DNA of 64,000 nucleotides from Eubacteriales bacterium (GTDB taxonomy: Bacteria > Bacillota > Clostridia > Oscillospirales > CAG-272). Below the pieces are notes generated by a model. That model did not search any database, was not told where the DNA came from, and saw only the letters and a program-made list of their open reading frames with translations. Shown in pieces: positions 57,828 to 64,000 of the stretch (the first letter of the stretch is position 1; each line of letters opens with the position of its first letter). The position numbers and the translations under genes are program-made. Location of the stretch: positions 67,399-131,398 of the forward strand of contig JAZQWL010000010.1 in NCBI GenBank assembly GCA_045632305.1. Reading direction: 5' to 3'.

Positions 57828-58859
57828 TTAAGCATCGTCCTTTGTTACGTCTGCCCGTGTTTTGTTAATATTAGCGAGCGGGTTTTGTGACATAGCGTTC
57901 ATCATCTGTTTATCGTTTACGTGGGTATATATCTGCGTTGTGGAAAGCTGCTCGTGTCCGAGGATATCTTTAAGTACACGGATATCCACGTTGCCCGTCT
58001 GGTACATAAGAGTCGCGGCGGTATGGCGTAGCTTATGAACGGAATAGTTTTTTGAGCCGAGCCCCGACATGTCAAGGTATTTATATACCATTGCCTGTAC
58101 CATCTTGTCGCTGATACGCTTGTCGCGATTACTTAAGAACAAAGCTCTGTCATTGATGCCCTTGTATTTTTCGGTCATTCGTACGTTCTCTATATATTCG
58201 TAAAGCACTGCCTTACAGGCGTCATTGAGGTAAATTATGCGCTCCTTTGCGCCTTTACCTACAACGCGCACGTGCTCGTAATTGTTTTCAATATCCGTAA
58301 TGTTTATCCCCACAAGCTCGGAAAGTCGCATGCCGCAGTTGAGAAAAAGGGTTATGATACAAAGATCGCGCAGACGGGTTTTCGAGCTTACGTCGTTTCT
58401 TACCGTATCGATGAGCGTGAGCGCCTCGTCAAGCGAAAGAAACTTCGGGAGTGTCTTCTTGGGCTTCGGAGCTTCAATATTCGCCGCAGGGTTTTCGTCA
58501 AGATAGCCGCGTTTGAAGGTCATGAATTTGAATAGCCCCTTTATTGCCGAGAGCTTTCTCGCTCTGGACGCCCACATATTGTCGCGCACGTTTCCCGCGT
58601 AGAGAAGAAAATCGTATATATGCTCGGTTGTGATGCCTCTTATGTAGTCGACGTTGACCGAGAGAATGGAGATTTCGGAAAATTCCTCCGACTCGGGAGA
58701 TATTCCTTTATCCTTGGCTATCATGTATCTGAAAAACGTGCGAAGGTCGAGAAGATATTCGTCAACCGTCTTCTTTGAACAGTTCTGTATTGCGGATTTG
58801 TATGCCGCAAATTCGCGTATTATTGGCGGAAATTCCGATATATCAACAGAATAGGGCAT
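57828..58859 (-). CDS. Tyrosine recombinase (XerC/XerD/phage-integrase family)
   Basis: C-terminal HKLRHTAATLMY...LGHEQLSTTQIYTHV catalytic region and an N-terminal SAM-like domain. ATG 58859 follows an AAGGAGG RBS. Confidence 0.85.
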   Translation of the reverse strand: MPYSVDISEFPPIIREFAAYKSAIQNCSKKTVDEYLLDLRTFFRYMIAKDKGISPESEEFSEISILSVNVDYIRGITTEHIYDFLLYAGNVRDNMWASRARKLSAIKGLFKFMTFKRGYLDENPAANIEAPKPKKTLPKFLSLDEALTLIDTVRNDVSSKTRLRDLCIITLFLNCGMRLSELVGINITDIENNYEHVRVVGKGAKERIIYLNDACKAVLYEYIENVRMTEKYKGINDRALFLSNRDKRISDKMVQAMVYKYLDMSGLGSKNYSVHKLRHTAATLMYQTGNVDIRVLKDILGHEQLSTTQIYTHVNDKQMMNAMSQNPLANINKTRADVTKDDA

Positions 58860-59040
58860 TACTGCCTCCTTATTATACAAAATTTTTATCAATTACATTA
58901 TACTATAAATAATGTATATTTGTCAAGATATTGCAATTTTTTCGGTAAAATCTCTTGCAAATGCCAATATACTGTGCTATAATATAAAGTAAGATAGTAT
59001 GTTTTCAGCCGACGCGTCGGCAAGAAAGGAAATTAAAATA

Positions 59041-59709
59041 ATGGATATGAATAACGTAAAGAAGAAATTGCCCCTTATATTTTTGATCATAGGCGGTTTG
59101 CTCATTCTCGGAGGCGTGCTTATGCTTATCTTCGGAGCGGGCGATAGCTTCGGATTTCTCAAGGTAATGTTTATTATAACGAGCATCGTTATGATTCTGC
59201 TCGGTTGCACTTGCATTTATTTTGTAAGCACGATCACAACGAAGGCGACTCCCAACTTTTTCCTGTATGAGACGGGCACGAAGAACAATATGCCCATCGA
59301 GGAGCTTGAATTTGATCACGTAAACAGAAAGATGACTTATTTTATGTCCCACGTTGCAAAGAATGCGCGTGAGGTTTGGGAGAGAGATGTCGTTGGCTCT
59401 GAAAACGAGATTTTCGGCGACGAGAATCAGTTCCGTCCTCTTGCTGCTTACAAGGTTCTTTTCGACCTCTCCGACCGCGGTAATGACGCTGTTTGGGCGC
59501 TCTATCTTAACGCGAGCGACGACATCATAGTTTCCATCGTTGATGCGCTTGCGCTTGGCGGTGACATTGAGCTTGGTAAGGCGATAAGACATCTTCACAA
59601 GACGGCTGAGGGTGATGCGGAGAAGACACAGAAGTTCCTTTCCGACAACAAGGTCTATATCCAGAAGAAGATGGTAAAGTACGTAAAGGCAAATATCGAA
59701 AAATTCTAA
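59041..59709 (+). CDS. Hypothetical membrane-anchored protein
   Basis: Two N-terminal TM helices followed by a ~150-aa soluble domain. No family recognised. ATG 59041 is preferred over the track start 58999. Confidence 0.5.
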   Translation: MDMNNVKKKLPLIFLIIGGLLILGGVLMLIFGAGDSFGFLKVMFIITSIVMILLGCTCIYFVSTITTKATPNFFLYETGTKNNMPIEELEFDHVNRKMTYFMSHVAKNAREVWERDVVGSENEIFGDENQFRPLAAYKVLFDLSDRGNDAVWALYLNASDDIIVSIVDALALGGDIELGKAIRHLHKTAEGDAEKTQKFLSDNKVYIQKKMVKYVKANIEKF

Positions 59710-59742
59710 TTTAAAGTTTTAATTCTTGGAAAGGAGGAGCGT

Positions 59743-60444
59743 ATGTTTAAGATAAAGATGGCGGGCGAAGTAATCGAGATCGACAATATCCACAGTTACA
59801 TAAAAGAATACTGCCGTGAGTATCTTTGCGACGATGCTCCCGCCTTCAGAGTTAAGACAACTGTTGATGAGATAAAATCCTATCTTGCCACTCGAGGTAT
59901 CGAGAGCATAGACGATGCGACCGCAGAGAGAATTCTTGTTTATAAGAAGATCGCGGCAAAGCTTGCTGAACGCGGAATGTTTCTCCTTCATTCCGGCGTT
60001 ATCTCATACAAGGGAAAGGGAATTGCATTCGTGGCGAGCCGTGGAGTAGGAAAGACAACACACGCGATGCTCTGGAAGCATTCCTTCTGGGATGACGTGA
60101 AATTCGTTAACGGAGATAAGCCGATTGTGAAGTGTGAGAACGGTAAGTTTGTAGCTTACACCTCACCGTGGAAGGGCAAGGAGGGACTTGGTGAGATCGA
60201 GTCCATCGAGCTTTCCGCTATCGTGTTTATCGAGCGCGGAGATAAGCCGTCCGTCAAGAGCATAGCTCCTCGAGATGCGGTGGCTTTGATCTCGAATCAG
60301 AGTATCGCGCCCGAGAGCAGAGTATATGACGGTGAATTTTCCGAAAACATCGCGGCAATGCTGAAATCCGTTCCGCTATATGCGGCAAAGGTCAATATGG
60401 ATAAGGAATCCGCTGTTGCTGTAAGAGATTATATTTTCAAGTAA
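59743..60444 (+). CDS. HPr-kinase-C-terminal-like P-loop protein (uncharacterised)
   Basis: 233 aa. LHSGVISYKGKGIAFVASRGVGKTTHAMLW resembles the HprK/PEPCK-like P-loop segment. Confidence 0.4.
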   Translation: MFKIKMAGEVIEIDNIHSYIKEYCREYLCDDAPAFRVKTTVDEIKSYLATRGIESIDDATAERILVYKKIAAKLAERGMFLLHSGVISYKGKGIAFVASRGVGKTTHAMLWKHSFWDDVKFVNGDKPIVKCENGKFVAYTSPWKGKEGLGEIESIELSAIVFIERGDKPSVKSIAPRDAVALISNQSIAPESRVYDGEFSENIAAMLKSVPLYAAKVNMDKESAVAVRDYIFK

Positions 60445-60445
60445 A

Positions 60446-60478
60446 AAGAAGCGAGCATCAGGTGATGCTCGCTTTTTG
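60446..60478. terminator. Bidirectional terminator
   Basis: GCGAGCATC-aggt-GATGCTCGC flanked by A-runs and T-runs. Confidence 0.8.
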
Positions 60479-61513
60479 TTATTCGGGTTTGTAGTTGTAG
60501 TGGATTGTGGCGTCGGTTAAGGATTCGTTTGATTCTCCTATTGTAAGCGCTCCCCAATCTCCCTCTGTGCCGGCATAATATACGTCTGTAAGCTTGTCAC
60601 AGAAATGGAATGCACATTCATTAATTAACGTTATGCTTTCGGGTATTACAACGCTTGAAAGATTGATGCAATCGAAAAATACCGAGAAGTTCAATGAAGT
60701 AAGTCCTTCCGGCAGAGCGATATGTGTAATTCCCGAAGAGGAAAACGCGTAATCATCGATTTTTGTTATGCCGTCGGGAAGGTTTATGCTCTGTAAATTA
60801 TAGCATCCCGAAAACGCGCCCAGCTCAATGGTGTTTACCGTATCGGGAAGAACTATCTCGGTTACTTTTGCACATTCTGAAAACGAGTAGGATGCGATAA
60901 CCGATATATTCTTAGGCAGAGTAATTGAAGTTGCGTTCGCGCATCCGTGGAATGCGTAGTCCTCAATAGAGGTTACACTGTCGGGAATTTTGATTTCGGT
61001 AAATGATCCGCACATTGAAAACGCGCCTCGCTGAATTGTGGTAACGCTCGAGGGAATGGTTACGTTTTCAAGTCTGATGCATTCTGAAAAAGTATCTTCA
61101 CATATCGTAGTGATGCCGTCAGGCAAATTTATCGTTTTAAGCTCGGGGCATTTTTTAAATGCGCCCTTCGATATTTTTGTGATGCTGTCGGGAAGGGTGA
61201 CGTTTACAATGTATCCCTTGTTTGCAAAGGCGTCCTCGCCGATTTCGGTTACGGGAACACCGTTATATTCTTCGGCAATGATTATATCCGCCATTACTCC
61301 CGAGCAATCGACCGCGATGGCATACGTGCCGTCATCGGAGATCTCGTATACTATCTCGGGCTTAGTGCTTGCTTCGGGAAGAGTTGATGTCTCTTCGTTT
61401 TCTTCATTCTCTTCGGGTGTAAAGTTTCCGTCTTCTTTTTTTGACTTGCAGGAAACAAGGAGCATTGAGATAAGAGAAACAGTAAGCAGTATGATTAAGA
61501 ACTTTTTAAACAT
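60479..61513 (-). CDS. BspA-type leucine-rich-repeat lipoprotein
   Basis: Signal peptide with an LLVSC lipobox. About 22-23-aa repeats follow (..V.IPDSVTSI...AF..C..L..I.LP). Confidence 0.8.
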   Translation of the reverse strand: MFKKFLIILLTVSLISMLLVSCKSKKEDGNFTPEENEENEETSTLPEASTKPEIVYEISDDGTYAIAVDCSGVMADIIIAEEYNGVPVTEIGEDAFANKGYIVNVTLPDSITKISKGAFKKCPELKTINLPDGITTICEDTFSECIRLENVTIPSSVTTIQRGAFSMCGSFTEIKIPDSVTSIEDYAFHGCANATSITLPKNISVIASYSFSECAKVTEIVLPDTVNTIELGAFSGCYNLQSINLPDGITKIDDYAFSSSGITHIALPEGLTSLNFSVFFDCINLSSVVIPESITLINECAFHFCDKLTDVYYAGTEGDWGALTIGESNESLTDATIHYNYKPE

Positions 61514-61574
61514 CTTTGTCCTCCTGTGTGCTTGATAAAATCATTATAGCATACGTTATGTAAAATTGCAAGTC

Positions 61575-61610
61575 ATAAATAAAAAAGCCAACTCGAAACG
61601 GAGTTGGCTT
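61575..61610 (-). terminator. Rho-independent terminator of the carboxypeptidase gene
   Basis: On the minus strand: AGCCAACTC-cgtttc-GAGTTGGCT followed by TTTTTTATTT. Confidence 0.75.
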
Positions 61611-61679
61611 GATATCAATGCTTTCGGCGGGAGTTGAACCCCCGCCCTGCGATTTTACAATCTGCATTATGCGCTCTGT

Positions 61680-62858
61680 TTACATACAAAATGCCGATCT
61701 CATTATCCTGCCAAACAGATCTGTAACGGTGATACGCTCGACGGTGCTTTCCGATACAATATCGACCGAGCCGATTTTTTGACTGTTGAGGTAGAATTCG
61801 ACCTCTCCGATCTTATCCCCCGTCTTGATCGGTGCGCTCACGGAGTCGGGCAGGGTGATCTTTGGCTCGATATATTTAATTTCGTTTTTCTTGACCGTTA
61901 TGGCAAACGCATCATGCTTGGCGTTTAAGGCGGGCACCTTGCCGCCCGCGACCCTGACGTTTTTGAATTCGCCCGCGCCGTAGGTGTAGGTCGCGAAATT
62001 TGAAAAGCCGTAGTCGAGAAGATTTGACGCGATATTATTTCGTACGTCACGATTCGGCGCGCCCATGACTACACAGATGAGGGAAAGTTCGTCGCGCTCG
62101 GCGGTAACCGAAACGCAAAATCCCGCCTTGGCGGTGGAGCCCGTTTTAAGCCCCGTACAGCCCTTGTAAAATCTCACAAGTCGGTTTGTATTGGTAAGTC
62201 CGAATTCTCCGTTACGGATCGTATCCATCCACGTTGAGCTGTACTGTAAAATAAATTTGTGCTTTATAAGTGCGCGTGACATAAGCGCGATATCATACGC
62301 GCTTGTTTTGTGATTTTCCACGGTATCGTCAAGCCCGTTGGTATTTTCAAAACGGGTGTTTTTCATGCCAAGCTCCTCCGCGCGCTTGTTCATCTGCGAA
62401 ACGAAAGCCGCCTCGCTCCCCGCAATATGCTCGGCAAGAGCCACAGCCGCATCGTTTGCCGAGGAAATAATAACGCTTTTGAGCATATCCTCGACCGACA
62501 TCTGCTCGCCCTCCTTGAGGAAAACCTGCGAGCCGCCCATACTTGCCGCGTGAGCAGATGCGGTAACGGTATCCGTCATTTTAATTCTGCCGTCCTCAAT
62601 TGCCTCTGCAACGAGGAGAAGAGTCATGATTTTTGTGACGGATGCGGGCGGGAGCGCCTCGTCCTTGTTCTTTTCGTAGATCACCGTGCCCGTATTGGCA
62701 TCCATAAGCACCGCGCTTGTGCAATTAAAGTCCATTTCGGGAGATTCCGCCGCAGTTGGGTATGCTTGATTTTCCGTAGCTGATGCGTTAAATATAAGCG
62801 CACTCTGAACGATAATTATAAATATCAAAAAAAGCGCCGCAAACCGATTTTTCTTCAT
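61680..62858 (-). CDS. D-alanyl-D-alanine carboxypeptidase (PBP5/DacB-like, peptidase S11)
   Basis: SVTKIMT (SxxK), SSAND (SxN), KTGST (KTG), a signal peptide and a C-terminal beta domain. ATG 62858 follows a GGAGG RBS. Confidence 0.9.
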   Translation of the reverse strand: MKKNRFAALFLIFIIIVQSALIFNASATENQAYPTAAESPEMDFNCTSAVLMDANTGTVIYEKNKDEALPPASVTKIMTLLLVAEAIEDGRIKMTDTVTASAHAASMGGSQVFLKEGEQMSVEDMLKSVIISSANDAAVALAEHIAGSEAAFVSQMNKRAEELGMKNTRFENTNGLDDTVENHKTSAYDIALMSRALIKHKFILQYSSTWMDTIRNGEFGLTNTNRLVRFYKGCTGLKTGSTAKAGFCVSVTAERDELSLICVVMGAPNRDVRNNIASNLLDYGFSNFATYTYGAGEFKNVRVAGGKVPALNAKHDAFAITVKKNEIKYIEPKITLPDSVSAPIKTGDKIGEVEFYLNSQKIGSVDIVSESTVERITVTDLFGRIMRSAFCM

Positions 62859-62936
62859 TTTTGCCTCCATCATAATACAATTTTTATATATTGTATTCGT
62901 GTGCGGCTCGTCCGTATTCTCGGTCTGCGGTGCGTT

Positions 62937-63488
62937 TTATTTGTTTTTAAGTTCTTTTTTGATGGTTCGGAAGGCAATCTTTTCACCCTCGTCGCGAAGG
63001 AGAATAAGCCAACGCTCGATGATCTCCACGGTGTCGGGGTGCATAATTTTTTTGCCGCGTCCCTGCGCGAAATACTCGTAAGGTGATGCGTCGGTATAAT
63101 TTTTGCCCTTGTAAATCTTACTTGCGGCAATTCTGTCGCAGAACATTTCCGCTACGTATTTTTTAGGCATGGGAACGCTTCTGTATTCCTTTGTTACGGG
63201 GTCGACGTCGTTCCAATATTCGAAATGATGGCGGTTTCTGCCCTTGTGGTGCATCCATGCAAGCGATTGTCCCGTTTCCTCGCGTTCAAGCTCGGTAGGA
63301 CTTCTGTAGCCGACGTAGTAGCGCGCGCCCTGAATAAACTCGGTGGGAGAGTATTTCGAGAGATCGTGGAAGAGCCCCTGAAATCCGATTCCGATCTTAA
63401 AGCAGTGCGAAATAACCTTGTGTCTGTGGCGTGTGATCGTGCAGAAGTGCTTTATGGGATGCGATTTTCTCTTTGCTTTATTTGTCAT
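62937..63488 (-). CDS. Conserved hypothetical protein (DUF5662-like, His-rich motifs)
   Basis: 183 aa: FHDLSKYSPTEF...WMHHKGRNRHHFEYW. The family assignment is from memory only. Confidence 0.4.
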   Translation of the reverse strand: MTNKAKRKSHPIKHFCTITRHRHKVISHCFKIGIGFQGLFHDLSKYSPTEFIQGARYYVGYRSPTELEREETGQSLAWMHHKGRNRHHFEYWNDVDPVTKEYRSVPMPKKYVAEMFCDRIAASKIYKGKNYTDASPYEYFAQGRGKKIMHPDTVEIIERWLILLRDEGEKIAFRTIKKELKNK

Positions 63489-63497
63489 ATTTACCTC

Positions 63498-64000
63498 TTA
63501 AATTTGAATCGAATCGAGAATCTTCATTCCGCGCTTTTCGGGAATTGCTCTTACGGTTTCGTAGAGCTTTTTGTCCTTTAAATATTCGGGCGCATGCGCG
63601 TCGCATCCGATGATCGCGGTACAACCGCAGTGAGCGGCGATGTCCCAGAATCGTTCGTTCGGGTAATTTCTGCCCACGGCTTTTCCAAGCATGTTTACCT
63701 CAAGGGGAATGCTTCGCTCGGCGGCGGCGCGGCAAAATTCTTCGGTGTATTTTGTATAGAGCTTACTGTCTCCAGTAAACTGCAAAAGATCGGGATGCGC
63801 GATATATATGAATTTGCCCGTTGAAAAGCCCTCGAGCATCTGGCGGTAAAATTGCTTTAAGATACCCTCGTCGGCAGTCGGACGCCCGTTGTAATGCTCG
63901 CAGTCATATTCGTTTTTGTTGAAATGCTGACCTAAAATAAGATAATCGTATTCGTATCCCGACAAGAACTTGATGAGGGAATCGAAAAGAGCGGGGAAGT
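63498..64000 (-). CDS. PHP-domain histidinol-phosphatase-family protein (5' end beyond window)
   Basis: C-terminal PHP motifs (IAHPDL, IGCDAH). The reading frame stays open upstream of the track start (FPALFDSLIKFL...), so the gene is truncated by the window edge. Confidence 0.7.
   Translation of the reverse strand, partial: FPALFDSLIKFLSGYEYDYLILGQHFNKNEYDCEHYNGRPTADEGILKQFYRQMLEGFSTGKFIYIAHPDLLQFTGDSKLYTKYTEEFCRAAAERSIPLEVNMLGKAVGRNYPNERFWDIAAHCGCTAIIGCDAHAPEYLKDKKLYETVRAIPEKRGMKILDSIQI

Noticed and set aside
61611-61679. tRNA-like fragment (minus strand GGGCGGGGGTTCAACTCCCGCCGAAAGCA) that could mark an integration site
   Set aside because: Only a T-arm-like hairpin with an irregular stem/loop is present, plus a separate hairpin with a GTAA tetraloop. 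There is no matching 5' acceptor strand, D-arm or proper anticodon arm. More likely these are 3'-UTR hairpins upstream of the dac terminator. tRNAscan or an att-repeat search would settle it.

Overview
This is a chromosomal segment from a spore-forming Firmicute, probably a Clostridia/Oscillospiraceae-like genome. That assignment is inferred from gene content: cotJABC, RNase Y, a CIRCE-controlled groESL, zinc-type S14, and a YlbF-like gene between miaB and mutS. Most of the window is housekeeping. It holds miaB-ylbF-mutS-mutL-tgt, tldD-pmbA, rny, glyQS, rplJ-rplL with an L10-type leader, a complete S10-spc-alpha cluster (rpsJ to rplQ, including secY, adk, map, infA, rpmJ, rpoA), mgtE, cotJABC, groESL, recG, a Xer-type recombinase and a D-Ala-D-Ala carboxypeptidase. 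The clearest accessory insertion is a tightly coupled three-gene minus-strand operon at 16125-21667. It encodes a TerB-N/TerB-C protein, a DUF2791-type P-loop ATPase and a DExH helicase. This is the architecture I know as the Shango-type (SngABC) anti-phage system, whose mechanism is unknown. Its TerB gene carries six near-identical in-frame 39-bp tandem repeats built from TGCA(C/T)TC heptamers. Other points worth a second look: (1) a LytTR regulator plus membrane-partner pair; (2) a 210-nt hairpin-rich insert between rpsN and rpsH; (3) an ~800-bp non-coding tract after rplQ with tandemly duplicated terminator modules showing compensatory stem changes; (4) a modular 'GTTATGA + mini-hairpin' repeat family, present downstream of mgtE nested inside a split terminator-like stem, and again downstream of groEL. 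Several promoters match TTGACA-17-TATAAT perfectly. All calls come from reading the translations and sequence by eye. No searches or folding were run, and hand-counted coordinates of small motifs may be off by 1-2 nt.
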